Source of the DNA: Nannocystales bacterium
GTDB lineage: Bacteria; Myxococcota_A; Polyangia; Nannocystales; Nannocystaceae
Length of the DNA stretch: 64,000 nt
Direction: 5' to 3'
NCBI GenBank assembly: GCA_050633305.1
Contig: JBOEGF010000014.1
Span: 192,001-256,000 of the forward strand
Below are positions 18,043 through 28,035 of the stretch, piece by piece. Under the pieces are notes generated by a model. That model worked only from the letters and a program-made list of their open reading frames with translations. It was not told the DNA's origin and made no database searches. Position 1 is the first letter of the stretch; every line of letters starts with the position of its first letter. The translations under genes were made by a program, and so were the position numbers.

Positions 18043-19815
18043 ATGAAGCGCACGACTTGGATGACTTGGGTGGCCGTGCTGGCCTTGGCGGGGTGTTCGG
18101 ACGGCCCCGCCGGAGGCGACGGAAGTGGAGCGAGCGATACCGATCCGGGAGCCGACTCCACCGGCACCTCATCGGACGAGACCGACGCGGACGAGACCGG
18201 CGCGGACGACACCACGGAAGGAAGCACGGGGGAGACGGAGCCTGAAGTCGAGTATCTCGCGCCGGACGAGCACCTCGTTCGGATCTCGATGGCGCTCCGA
18301 GGGACTCGCCCGAGCGTCGCGGACCTCGATGCGGTGCGGCAAGACCCCGGGCTCATTCCGGACTTCGTCGACGAGTACATGCAGGGGGCAGGATTTCGCG
18401 AGACCGTCCGAGACCTGCACAACGACGCGTTGCTCACAAACGTGGCTGGGCAGCTCCCCGCGCTTGCACCCCTCGAGGGCATCCAGCCTTTCGCCATCTC
18501 GGATTCCGTCATGGGCACGGCGTTGCGACTGATCGAGCGCATCGTCGTCGAGGACCGTCCGTACTCGGAGATCGTCACCGCGGACACCTGGGTGGTCGAT
18601 GACATCGCCGCAGGGGTGTATGGCATTGAAGACGACGGAAGCGGTTGGCGCGAGGTCCCGATCCCTGGCGACCGACCCGCGGCTGGCATCCTCAGCGACA
18701 ACGCCTTCTTCCTCAGGCACGAGTCGGCCAACTCCAACTTTCATCGTGGTCGAGCCAACGCGGTCAGCACCGCGCTGCTGTGCTTGGACTACGAGGACAA
18801 CAACATCGAGTTGGATGAGGGCATCGACCTGACCGATGTCGATGCGGTCGCGACCGCGCTGACGACCAACCCCGCGTGTCTGGCTTGCCACGACACCCTC
18901 GACCCGCTGGCGAGTCACTTCTTCGCAATCGTCGGCAATCCGATGAACAACCAGATCATCGAGTATCCGTTGCCCGACCTGTATGTCTCCGAACGAGAAG
19001 ACGACTGGATGGGGTCCACCGGGCAAGCTCCGGGGTTCTATGGCGAGACGTCCTCGGACATCGGGTCGCTGGGCGCGTTGATCTCCACAGACCCACGCTT
19101 CACCGCCTGTACCGCCCGGCGCTTCTACGCGTACTTCCTGCGTACAGACTTGGCGGAGGTTCCGGCCGACACCGTGGACACCCTCGATGCGGTCTTCTTG
19201 GAGAGCGACCTACAGGCCAAGGCATTGATCCGGGCGATCATGCTCTCGGATGACTTCCGGGTCGCAGCTGCAAGCTCCAAGGAGTCGGCGGATCAGGTCC
19301 AGGGATACCTACGCGCGCGTCCGTTCCAACTCGCCCGAACGGTCGAGGACTTGACCGGATTTCGGTGGGAGCTCGATGTGCAGTTGCTCCAGCCGGGGAC
19401 AAGTGCCGGGGTTTTGGATCTCGTTCGCTCGTCGAGCATCGGGTTTCAGGTGTTGGGCGGGAGCGGGGACTCCTTCACCGTGCTGGGCTCGATCGACACG
19501 ACGAACGCAACGACTTCGCTGTTTCAACGCCAGCTCGCAGCGGAGGCATCCAGCTTCGTCGTGGAACAAGACGCGGTTGCAGCCCAGCCCCGGTTGTTGT
19601 CGGCAGGACTGGTCACCGACGAGCAAGCCGTACGTGCGCAGTTGGTCGCCTTGTTCAACCGAATCCATGGGGAGGCGGCCGAGGAGGACTCCGAAGACGT
19701 CGACGACGCGTGGGCCCTGTTCGACGCCGCGATGGCTGCGTCCGGCGACCCGGCCCGTGCCTGGAAAACAACCCTCACCGCGATGTTTCGCGACCTCGGC
19801 ATCCTTTTCTACTGA
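18043..19815 (+). CDS. lipoprotein of the DUF1585/DUF1588-like family with CxxCH
   Basis: Lipobox LAGC, acidic Thr/Gly linker, RISMALRGTRPS, HRGRAN, NPACLACHDTLDPLA, PRFTACTARR. Confidence 0.75.
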   Translation: MKRTTWMTWVAVLALAGCSDGPAGGDGSGASDTDPGADSTGTSSDETDADETGADDTTEGSTGETEPEVEYLAPDEHLVRISMALRGTRPSVADLDAVRQDPGLIPDFVDEYMQGAGFRETVRDLHNDALLTNVAGQLPALAPLEGIQPFAISDSVMGTALRLIERIVVEDRPYSEIVTADTWVVDDIAAGVYGIEDDGSGWREVPIPGDRPAAGILSDNAFFLRHESANSNFHRGRANAVSTALLCLDYEDNNIELDEGIDLTDVDAVATALTTNPACLACHDTLDPLASHFFAIVGNPMNNQIIEYPLPDLYVSEREDDWMGSTGQAPGFYGETSSDIGSLGALISTDPRFTACTARRFYAYFLRTDLAEVPADTVDTLDAVFLESDLQAKALIRAIMLSDDFRVAAASSKESADQVQGYLRARPFQLARTVEDLTGFRWELDVQLLQPGTSAGVLDLVRSSSIGFQVLGGSGDSFTVLGSIDTTNATTSLFQRQLAAEASSFVVEQDAVAAQPRLLSAGLVTDEQAVRAQLVALFNRIHGEAAEEDSEDVDDAWALFDAAMAASGDPARAWKTTLTAMFRDLGILFY

Positions 19816-19826
19816 TCGGAGCGGAC

Positions 19827-21077
19827 ATGATCTCTCGACGACAATTCATCGGCTCGAGTGCGGCCCTCGCCGCAGCAACCCTTGGCAGCGTGGGGACGAC
19901 CCGCGCCAACGTGGCCGACAAGCCGCGTAAGCTCATCACGGTCTTCGTCGACGGAGGCTGGGACATCGCCCACTCCATCGACCCCAAGCCCAACCTCGTC
20001 GCAACCCCCGACTACGACGAGGTCACCATGTTCGAGGACATCCCGGTCCTCACCCACAGTTCGCGACCGAGCATCACCGGGTTCTTCGAGCAGTACGCAC
20101 CGATCAGCGCGGTTGCGCATGGCATCAACGTGCGCTCGATCTCCCACAAGGTCTGCGAACGCAAGATGTTCACTGGGCTGCCTTCGGGAGCAGGTCCCGA
20201 CGCAGGGGCGATCGTTGCCAATGAGCACGCGCGGGACTACCCGATGCCCTACTTCGTCGTGGGCGCGACGGCATATTCGGGCCCGCTCAGCGTCATCTCG
20301 GGTCGTGTCGGACGGCAAGGACAGATCAACGCGTTGCTCGATCCCGACGACGCGTTCCCGCGGTTCGAGCAGTCCCCATACTTCCATGAGGGCTACGAGG
20401 CGGATGCGGACGAAGAGGCCGCCATTGAGGCGTTTCTCGACGCCCGGTTGGCGCGGGAGCGAGCAGTGCGGGGGCAATGGGGGTCGAACCGCAGCCGGAT
20501 CGATGACTTCATCGAATCGATGGAGAAAGGGAAGGTGCTTCGGGACAACGCGCAGTACTTTGGTGAGACGGGCGCTCAGCTTGATCTGTCGGACCAAGTG
20601 GAGCTGGCGTTGACCGCTCTCGAGCGGGACCTCGCGTGGTCGGTGGGGGTCACCGCCAGCCTTGGGTTCGACACCCACGAAGGCAACGCGCAGCAAGGGC
20701 AGCTCCAAGACGCCCTGTTCGGCGGGCTGTCCAATCTGGCGCAGGCCCTGATCGATCGTGACCTGCTCGACGAAACCGTCGTCGTCGTGTTCTCGGAGAT
20801 GTCCCGTACTCCGGCGCTGAACGGCAACGCGGGAAAGGACCACCACCCGGTGACCAGCGCGCTAGCGTTTGGCGGCGGTGTGGCCGGCGGCGCGGCGTAT
20901 GGGGGAAATGGGGACAACGTTGAGGCGCTGCCTGTCGACCTGGAGACGGGGTCGACCGACTTGGGGGACTTGAAGTCGTTGGACTCCGCGTCCTGGGTGG
21001 CAGGCGTCGCGGCGCTCGCAGGCGCGGATGCTTCGCCCTATCTCGGAGCCGACCCGTTTACGGCGTTCATCGGCTGA
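19827..21077 (+). CDS. DUF1501-family Tat-exported protein
   Basis: SRRQFI twin-Arg signal, DGGWD, FDTH, SEMSRTP and GKDHH. Confidence 0.85.
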   Translation: MISRRQFIGSSAALAAATLGSVGTTRANVADKPRKLITVFVDGGWDIAHSIDPKPNLVATPDYDEVTMFEDIPVLTHSSRPSITGFFEQYAPISAVAHGINVRSISHKVCERKMFTGLPSGAGPDAGAIVANEHARDYPMPYFVVGATAYSGPLSVISGRVGRQGQINALLDPDDAFPRFEQSPYFHEGYEADADEEAAIEAFLDARLARERAVRGQWGSNRSRIDDFIESMEKGKVLRDNAQYFGETGAQLDLSDQVELALTALERDLAWSVGVTASLGFDTHEGNAQQGQLQDALFGGLSNLAQALIDRDLLDETVVVVFSEMSRTPALNGNAGKDHHPVTSALAFGGGVAGGAAYGGNGDNVEALPVDLETGSTDLGDLKSLDSASWVAGVAALAGADASPYLGADPFTAFIG

Positions 21078-21100
21078 ACCGCGACTGCTACCCTCTCTGG

Positions 21101-22519
21101 GTGAGGCTCACGCTTCTGCTCGCCTTGGGCGTGCTCCATGGGTGTATCGACGTGGGCGGATTTGCCTGCGAGCCTGGCTCGTGCGACTTGGATGCTCGCG
21201 AGGGGGTCTGCGAACCCGAGGGCTGGTGCAGCTACCCCGACGACGAATGCGACTCACGTCGTCGATTCGAGTCCCGTGCTCCCGGTTCACTGGGCGGCGC
21301 TTGTGTGGAGCCCTCGGGCACGAGTCGCGCAGGCACGACCGGCCTTTTGACCTCGTCCGGCGAGGCGACCGAGCCACCAAGCACCACCGACTCAGCGACC
21401 ACGGCGGGAAGCACCGAGGGGGCCACGACGGGGCCGCCCGCATGCGATGGCCATGGCTGCGGTTGGACGCGCGTGGAGTCGGGTGCGCTTCACACTTGCG
21501 CGGTCGATGGCAATGGGGCCGTGTGGTGTTGGGGTCTGGGTCCCAACGGCGAACTCGGGACCGGCGACAATCCCGAGTTTCGCAACTGTCCGCAGGCGCC
21601 CGCAGGCGCGCTCGCCGAGCAGGAGATGCTCGCGGTTGGCGGGCACACGTGTGCGGCAACGCCTGATGCTCTGCACTGCTGGGGTCCCAACGGCATGCGA
21701 CAGGTGGACTGGTCACAGTCCCAGCCGCGGTTTCTCGAGCCGCATCTTGTCCCGCTGGAATCCCGCGAGCCCATCCGGGCGGTCGGGACTGGCGACGACC
21801 TGACCTGCGTAGGGATGTCGGATCGCGTGGTGTGTTGGGGACAGGGAGCCGCCACACCCGACGTGACGGTGACCCCAGCGGTGGTCAATGTGGTCGGTGT
21901 CGGGGACGAGCATATGTGCGGGATGCTCGATGACGACTCGCTGTGGTGTCTGGGGTCGGACGCGCGAGGGCAGCTCGGCGGTGGTCCCGGCGACCAGTCT
22001 TCCATGCCGATCCAGCCGGATCTGGCCGGCGATGCCGCGATGCAGCTCTCGGTGGGAGCCCAGCATTCTTGCGCGATCACCGAGGGCGATGGGCCCGACG
22101 CGCGCAAGGTGAAGTGTTGGGGCGACAATCGCTCCAACCAGGCGGGTGGAATCGACAACGAAGTCGAACTTCCTCGCGATGTCTCCGGCGACCTCGTCCC
22201 AGGCGAGTGGGTCGATGTGGCCGCCGGGGTACTGCACAGCTGCGCGATCAATGCCGACGGCGAGGTCTGGTGCTGGGGCGGCAATGCGTACGGCCAGGTT
22301 GATCCGCACGCCGATGACCTCAGCTTGTTGCGGACGGCCTCGAGGATCGAGCTCGACCCGGTCGTGGATGCCGTCGATATCGCGGTGGCGACCACGATCA
22401 CATGCGCGCTCGACCGAGACGCGTTGTGGTGGTGTTGGGGCTGCTTGGAGCCCGGTCAACTCGTCAGTAGTGGAACCTGCACCGTCTCGCCGCCGACACT
22501 CTTCGAGCCGTGTGGGTAG
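21101..22519 (+). CDS. RCC1/BLIP-II repeat lipoprotein with Cys-rich N-domain
   Basis: Lipobox LHGC and repeated G..HTCA....G.VWCWG.N..GQLG units. Confidence 0.85.
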   Translation: MRLTLLLALGVLHGCIDVGGFACEPGSCDLDAREGVCEPEGWCSYPDDECDSRRRFESRAPGSLGGACVEPSGTSRAGTTGLLTSSGEATEPPSTTDSATTAGSTEGATTGPPACDGHGCGWTRVESGALHTCAVDGNGAVWCWGLGPNGELGTGDNPEFRNCPQAPAGALAEQEMLAVGGHTCAATPDALHCWGPNGMRQVDWSQSQPRFLEPHLVPLESREPIRAVGTGDDLTCVGMSDRVVCWGQGAATPDVTVTPAVVNVVGVGDEHMCGMLDDDSLWCLGSDARGQLGGGPGDQSSMPIQPDLAGDAAMQLSVGAQHSCAITEGDGPDARKVKCWGDNRSNQAGGIDNEVELPRDVSGDLVPGEWVDVAAGVLHSCAINADGEVWCWGGNAYGQVDPHADDLSLLRTASRIELDPVVDAVDIAVATTITCALDRDALWWCWGCLEPGQLVSSGTCTVSPPTLFEPCG

Positions 22520-22534
22520 CGTCGTGGTCGCTTG

Positions 22535-23122
22535 TTACGCAAGCCCACGCTGGACGACATAGCGAGCGAGTGCGGCGCGTCCGGGGAGTCCGAGTCGCTC
22601 GTAGATGTTCGACAGGTGCGTTGTCACGGTCCTGGGGCTGATGCCAAGTTCGGTGGCGACCTCTTGGCTTGTCAGTCCGAGCGCCACATGGCGGGCGACC
22701 TCGATCTCGCGCTTGCTCAGCGGGACTTCGTCCCGGTTCGGTTTGAGGTCGTCTCGCGTTTGGTAGACGAATCGCAGCGTGGCATCCGGGCCGACCTGCA
22801 CGCGGTCTCCCTCTCGAAGGATCACCATGTCGACCCGGGTTCCGTTGACGAACGTTCCGTTGGTCGAGTCCAGGTCGATCAGGTTGGCGATGTCGTCTTC
22901 GGAGATGGCGATCTTTGCGTGCCGCCGCGAGATCCCATCGTCCGTGAGGGTGAGGTCGGCCGACTCACTGCGTCCGATCGTGGTGCTTCCGGTCGTGAGT
23001 GGGAGCAAGGTTCCTGCGCTCCCCCCTGCGAGAACCTCGAGGCATGCGATCTCGCCAGGCGCACGGCCGCGGGCAACCCGGACCGGTCGGACCTCAGTGG
23101 GCTTGTCATCTTCGGAAGCCAT
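22535..23122 (-). CDS. FHA domain + LuxR-type HTH transcriptional regulator
   Basis: TIGR, ISRRHA and DLDSTNGTFVNG (FHA); LSKREIEVARHVALGLTSQEVATELGISPRTVTTHLSNIYERLG (LuxR HTH). Confidence 0.92.
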   Translation of the reverse strand: MASEDDKPTEVRPVRVARGRAPGEIACLEVLAGGSAGTLLPLTTGSTTIGRSESADLTLTDDGISRRHAKIAISEDDIANLIDLDSTNGTFVNGTRVDMVILREGDRVQVGPDATLRFVYQTRDDLKPNRDEVPLSKREIEVARHVALGLTSQEVATELGISPRTVTTHLSNIYERLGLPGRAALARYVVQRGLA

Positions 23123-23140
23123 GGGCGGCGGGTACGGAGA

Positions 23141-23860
23141 TCATAGCCCGGCGCGAAGCCGGTCGGGCTGAGAGCGCCGACGCTGGACCAGAACCGTTCG
23201 AATGATCGCGCCTGTGAGGAGGGCACCGCTCACGCCCAGCACGGCGAATCCCACCTTCTGCTGTGTGCCGGCCGCGGAGCGCTCCTCCACCCATTGTTCG
23301 TGGGAGTTTGTGGGGGCCCCTGTGGCCCGGGCGGACGCTGTCCCGAGGAGGACGGCGCTCGCGATGAGTGCCGCACCGCCCGATGTCCACAGAGCCACCG
23401 TCGCACCATCGACGCGCCGCTGGGGTGCCGGGGTCTCAGTGGGCGTCACCGGGCGCGTGAGCAGAGGTGGAGGCGGTGTCGGCTGGGGTTCGGGCTGCGG
23501 CTGGGGTTCAGGCTCGGGGGGCGGCGCTGCACGTTCGCGACAGCCCCGCGCTTGGACCTCAGCGTTGCCGATCATCAGGGTGACGGTGGCCTGGGTCTCC
23601 TCGTCCAGACTCGGGAGCAGGGTGTCGGCCTCGGTGATGAACTCCTCGTATGCGTCCGCAGCTTCGCGGTCTCGACCGGCGAGGCGCAGGGCTTGGGCTT
23701 GCCCGTACTTGTGCGCCGGATCCCGAGTCTGCTCATAGAGCGCACCGAAGCCGTCTGCAGCCTCCTCGTAGTCACCCCTGGCGTATGCGGATTCAGCCGC
23801 CGCCGCAGGGTCTGGTGCGGGCGCAACGGCGAGCAGGAGCGTCAGGAGAAGGCCGCTCAC
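23141..23860 (-). CDS. exported TPR-like protein with Pro linker and C-terminal membrane hairpin
   Basis: Signal peptide, AYARGDYEEAA..AQALRLAG TPR-like helices, PEPQP linker, C-terminal TM segments. Confidence 0.75.
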   Translation of the reverse strand: MSGLLLTLLLAVAPAPDPAAAAESAYARGDYEEAADGFGALYEQTRDPAHKYGQAQALRLAGRDREAADAYEEFITEADTLLPSLDEETQATVTLMIGNAEVQARGCRERAAPPPEPEPQPQPEPQPTPPPPLLTRPVTPTETPAPQRRVDGATVALWTSGGAALIASAVLLGTASARATGAPTNSHEQWVEERSAAGTQQKVGFAVLGVSGALLTGAIIRTVLVQRRRSQPDRLRAGL

Positions 23861-25290
23861 TTCAAGACCGTCCGAACGGGTCCGAGGCCGTCAGGGTCGA
23901 ACGCGGGTGAGGGCTCCGGCTTCTTCCGATCGGGTGCGGTCTTGGCCTTGGCTTTTTTTCGCGTGCGCAGCTTCGGTGTTTTGGGTGCGGGTTTCGGAGG
24001 GGGGTCCGGAATCTCTGCGCTCGTTCCCGGATCGGTGAGGGGCTGTTGTTCTGGCGCGGGGTCGGGGGCCCGGGGAATCGTCGTTTCCACGGTGGCCGGG
24101 GCCGGCTCGGTGACGGTGGGCGCTTGCGCGGGCGCCTGGCCCGCGGCCTTGGGGGCAGGTTCGACCGACGGGCGGGCCCACAAGGCCACCAGACCAACGC
24201 ACGCGAGGGCCCCGCCAAGAAGCACCCAGGAGAGCCGACGACCGGAAGGCCGCGGGGCACTGCGGGGTGGGTCGGCAGGCGCAACGCGGGTGGGGTCCGT
24301 GCCGGGTTGAGTCGACGGTACGGCGAATTCCGACTCCGAAGGCTCCCATGGGTACGGGCGGCTGCCGAAACACCCGCGCATGAACTCGGTGAGGTCGTCC
24401 GCGGTCGAGCGACGACCGGTTGTCTCGGTGGTTTGTTCCAGCGCGAGTGCCATCGCTCGCGCATCCTCGAAGCGGTCGTCTGGGTTCCGGGCAAGCGCCT
24501 TGTGAATGACGTCGGCGACGGACAGCGGAACCTTGCCGTTCGCCTCGGACAACGGCGGAGCATCATGGTTGACGATCCGGTTCATGGCTGCGAACTCGTT
24601 GTCGCCGCCACCGAACAGGCGCATGCCGGCCAGGAGTTCCCAAAGCACGACGCCGAGGGAGAACACATCACTACGTCCATCCATCGGTGAGCCCTTGCAC
24701 TGCTCGGGCGACATGTAGCCGATCTTCCCCTTGCGAATACTCGGGCGGGTCCCGTCGGCACGGGTCGCCTTGGCGATCCCGAAGTCCACCAGCTTGACGC
24801 CGCCGTCGTACGTCACGAGCACGTTGGACGGACTGACATCGCGATGCACAATCTTGAGCGCGCGGCCTTCAAAGTCTCGCCGGGTGTGCGCGTGGTGCAG
24901 GCCGGCCGCTGCCGCGGAGCCGATCGACAATACGTGCTCGACGGGAAGCGGACCACCGACCGCCGAGCGGAGCGCAACCAAGTCTTCGCCGTGGATGTAG
25001 TCCATGACGAAGAAGGGGCCGCGTGCGTCGTGTCCGAGGTCGTGAACACGGACCACGTTGGGGTGGTCGAGCACGGCTGCCAGCCGTGCCTCATCCAAGA
25101 ACATTGTGATGAATTCCGGATCGTCGGCCCACTTGGGAGCGATGCGTTTCACCGCGACGTATTTCTCAAAGCCGTGAGCACCGACCGTGCGGCCGAGTTC
25201 GAGAATCGCCATCCCGCCCTCTGCGAGTTCGGCCACGCGCTCGTACCGCGCGGCATCTCGCTCGGGGTCCGCGTGGCGCTCGGAACTCAC
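23857..25290 (-). CDS. serine/threonine protein kinase, membrane-anchored
   Basis: VAVKRI, HRDVSPSNVL, VDFGIAK, GYMSPEQ, DVFSLG, then a TM segment and Pro-rich tail. Confidence 0.93.
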   Translation of the reverse strand: MSSERHADPERDAARYERVAELAEGGMAILELGRTVGAHGFEKYVAVKRIAPKWADDPEFITMFLDEARLAAVLDHPNVVRVHDLGHDARGPFFVMDYIHGEDLVALRSAVGGPLPVEHVLSIGSAAAAGLHHAHTRRDFEGRALKIVHRDVSPSNVLVTYDGGVKLVDFGIAKATRADGTRPSIRKGKIGYMSPEQCKGSPMDGRSDVFSLGVVLWELLAGMRLFGGGDNEFAAMNRIVNHDAPPLSEANGKVPLSVADVIHKALARNPDDRFEDARAMALALEQTTETTGRRSTADDLTEFMRGCFGSRPYPWEPSESEFAVPSTQPGTDPTRVAPADPPRSAPRPSGRRLSWVLLGGALACVGLVALWARPSVEPAPKAAGQAPAQAPTVTEPAPATVETTIPRAPDPAPEQQPLTDPGTSAEIPDPPPKPAPKTPKLRTRKKAKAKTAPDRKKPEPSPAFDPDGLGPVRTVLK

Positions 25291-25390
25291 GAACCCCGAG
25301 TATCGCCCGAACCTGTCACCGAAGAACAGACAGTCGCCATCTGACGTCCTGAGGCCGTTGGTGCTACCGTACGGGCCTTAGCTTGTTGTC

Positions 25391-25900
25391 ATGTCGTGGG
25401 TCCCCTGGCTGGTGGGATGGCTGTGGTTTGCACCGTCTCCGCCCGTGTGTCGTGTGCGCGTTGTGGGCATGCCGCTGCCGCAACTGCGCCACCACGAACT
25501 GAGGACGGCTGGCCGAGTGCTCCCCGCGACCGGTTTGGTGGAGCTCCCTGAGGATGCTCGCGAGGTGGTCCTCACCGGGCCGCGATACTCGGGTTCGGTG
25601 ACGCCCCCCGCTCAGTGCAAAGCGACGGTCGTTCTCAATGCAACGCCCCGGCCGGCAACGGTTGAGTTTCGAGATTTGCCACCGGAGGCTGTGGTGTCTT
25701 GTGTCGACTGCCCGGGGATCGACCCGGACGCGAACTACCTGCCCGCGCACCTGCCTTCGATGGTCATGGACCGACTACGAACATCGGTATCTCTGTGGGT
25801 CCGAGCGCCAGGATTTCACTCGGTGGAGTCGACTGTCGTTCTGTACCCAGGGAAGAACATCGTCCGGATTTCGATGCAGCGACGTTCGGCTCTGCACTGA
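25391..25900 (+). CDS. exported hypothetical protein (PEGA-like beta domains)
   Basis: Hydrophobic N-terminus and VRAPGF motif. TAGCTT lies 6 nt upstream of the ATG. Confidence 0.6.
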   Translation: MSWVPWLVGWLWFAPSPPVCRVRVVGMPLPQLRHHELRTAGRVLPATGLVELPEDAREVVLTGPRYSGSVTPPAQCKATVVLNATPRPATVEFRDLPPEAVVSCVDCPGIDPDANYLPAHLPSMVMDRLRTSVSLWVRAPGFHSVESTVVLYPGKNIVRISMQRRSALH

Positions 25901-26014
25901 ATCATTTGCGCCGAAAGAGGACGACGCGGCCAACGCCGCGATGGCAAACTTTGAGTCGCCGGATGGAACGAGACGCTTCGTCTTCCGTCCCACCTACAGG
26001 ACGAGGGGCAACAC

Positions 26015-26182
26015 ATGAGGACGCCGAACCAACACGCTTCCGGACTCCGCGAAACCGAACCGCAAGAGCGAGAGCCGAAGGACGGCGTAGGCTCGACGTC
26101 GAGCGACACGCTGACGCGCAACGCCAAGCCGCGCGAACAGGGAGACGACTTCTCCGTGCTCCTGCATCTCGGTCTCGTCTAG
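26015..26182 (+). CDS. possible 55-aa small protein
   Basis: ATG preceded by GAGGGG. Fills an otherwise empty gap; hydrophobic C-terminus FSVLLHLGLV. Confidence 0.3.
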   Translation: MRTPNQHASGLRETEPQEREPKDGVGSTSSDTLTRNAKPREQGDDFSVLLHLGLV

Positions 26183-26225
26183 CGGTGTCGTGTCCTGCGA
26201 CACTTCCGTCGCTTCGCTCCTCGTA

Positions 26226-26816
26226 TTAGAGCGGACCGACGGCGAGATCGATGCTCGAGGCAGGGATCGAAATCTCGACCATCGGAAGTGACGGGAAGTA
26301 GGCTCCCGCATTGTCGTCGAAGAAGTTGTCTCCATCGACATCACACTGCGACGTCACGTAGCCAGGGTCGTCAGGCACGACAACGTCACCGATCTCATCG
26401 TTCATGATCGTGAACGATTGCGGGAAAGCATCGATGAGGAACGGGCGACTGAACGTGGTCGCGCTCTCGATGCCATTGGAGGGATTGATCTCGCCGGGAC
26501 GGTGGAACGTCACAGTGCAGGTGATCGGTAGCGCATATCCGCCGCCGCCGTCTTCGAACCTCCCCGTGAGCACCGCGTAGATCCCCACGCCCGTGCTGGC
26601 GTCGCCGGTTCCGCCGGAGGTCGGTCCCATGGACAGCCCCGTGCCAACGCTGTCGCTGCCGCCGGGATCGGTGTCGGTCCCTCCTGTGAGCACCGGAGAG
26701 GAGCCGCCTGCTGGTCCGCCACCGCTACCCACCGGCGGCGCGTTGCGCTGTTCCTCGTCACTGTTTCCGCAAGCGGTGAGGGCGCAGAAGGCCAAGCCGA
26801 AGACGTAGGCACGCAT
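26226..26816 (-). CDS. hypothetical lipoprotein
   Basis: Lipobox LTAC, Gly/Thr linker, and a beta domain with a DVDGDNFFD Ca-loop-like motif. Confidence 0.75.
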   Translation of the reverse strand: MRAYVFGLAFCALTACGNSDEEQRNAPPVGSGGGPAGGSSPVLTGGTDTDPGGSDSVGTGLSMGPTSGGTGDASTGVGIYAVLTGRFEDGGGGYALPITCTVTFHRPGEINPSNGIESATTFSRPFLIDAFPQSFTIMNDEIGDVVVPDDPGYVTSQCDVDGDNFFDDNAGAYFPSLPMVEISIPASSIDLAVGPL

Positions 26817-26858
26817 CGTGCCTTGATTGAAGCACGATTCAGGGCTCGCTGGCGCGTT

Positions 26859-27527
26859 TCAAGCGAAAGGGTCGCAGACGCCGTGGGTCGCGTGCCCGAC
26901 GTCCAGGCAGTTCTCAATCGGGCCACAGCTGAACGTCCCGAGCGGGCAGAAGTTGGTGCAACGGCCTGCGAAGCACGAGAAGAGAATGTCGCAGTCGGTG
27001 CCGTCGGTGCAGGGCGCGTTCAGGTTGCCGCAGTTGTCGCAACTCTCGCACCGGCCCTCTTCGGCTGTGTAGAACCTGCAGACGGTTCCGACCCCCGGGC
27101 ACTCGTTCAGGCTTCCGGGGGTCGAGCAGGACTCGCCCCTGTCGGGCACATCGAGGTTCGGGTCCAGCGGTGTGCCGCCTGCCGACGGGTCGCCGCCCGA
27201 GGACTCGGCCGTGGGGTCCGTACTCGTTGCCCCGGCGTCGGTGGCAGACCCGGCGCCTCCCGTGGAGTCGTCGTTGGAGGTGGCAGGACTGCTGTCGCTG
27301 GCGCTCGTCTCGCCGGCGGTGCCGCTGGTCGCCGCGGCTCCGGTCGAGTCCGCCTCCCCCACCGACGACGCTGTACCGGAGGACTCGGCCGACGCTCCGG
27401 CGGTCGAGGACATGGTGCCGGCGCTTGTTGGCGTGCCGCTCCCAGAGCCAAAGCTGGGGCCGCTGCCGACGTCCTCGGTGCACGCGACCGAGAGCAGGAA
27501 GGAGACGGCAAGCATGGACCTGCGCAT
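26859..27527 (-). CDS. Cys-rich lipoprotein with Ser/Thr/Gly linker
   Basis: Lipobox SVAC, long S/T/G/A linker, Cys-dense C-terminal domain. Confidence 0.8.
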   Translation of the reverse strand: MRRSMLAVSFLLSVACTEDVGSGPSFGSGSGTPTSAGTMSSTAGASAESSGTASSVGEADSTGAAATSGTAGETSASDSSPATSNDDSTGGAGSATDAGATSTDPTAESSGGDPSAGGTPLDPNLDVPDRGESCSTPGSLNECPGVGTVCRFYTAEEGRCESCDNCGNLNAPCTDGTDCDILFSCFAGRCTNFCPLGTFSCGPIENCLDVGHATHGVCDPFA

Positions 27528-27582
27528 GACGACCAGACGGCACGGGGCCGGCCGGGTTGCAACGATTCCACCGCCGAGCGGA

Positions 27583-27975
27583 TCAGTCCGCCAACATGTG
27601 CGACTTGACCGTGTCGAGAAGAACCTGCCCGCGGACCGGTTTTTGAAGCCAGGCGACGACCCGGAGGTGTGCGAGGTCTTCGGCGACGTCTTCCCGCGGC
27701 GTTCCGGTCAGAAAAACTACAGGTAGGTCCGGCCACCGGGCGTGCAGTGCCTCAGCGAGCTCGAGTCCGGACATCGACGGCATATCGACGTCGAGAATCG
27801 CCAGGCCCAGCGTCCGGCCCTCCGTCTCTCGGAGGGCTTCGTTGGGATCGAGATACGGGAGGAGCTCGACCTCGGGCAGGGCATGCTCGAGCCGCTTTCG
27901 CGTCGCGTCGAGCAGACCTGGCTCGTCGTCGACCAACAGAATTGGTCGGGCCGAGCCGTTGTCCAAGGTTCCCAT
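27583..27975 (-). CDS. single-domain response regulator (receiver)
   Basis: LLVDDE, LDVDMPSMSG, FLTG and KPV motifs. Confidence 0.9.
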   Translation of the reverse strand: MGTLDNGSARPILLVDDEPGLLDATRKRLEHALPEVELLPYLDPNEALRETEGRTLGLAILDVDMPSMSGLELAEALHARWPDLPVVFLTGTPREDVAEDLAHLRVVAWLQKPVRGQVLLDTVKSHMLAD

Positions 27976-28035
27976 CCAGTTCTTATAACGTCGTTCTCAG
28001 CCCCGGCTCCAAGGTTTCTTTGCGATTGAGCGCGC

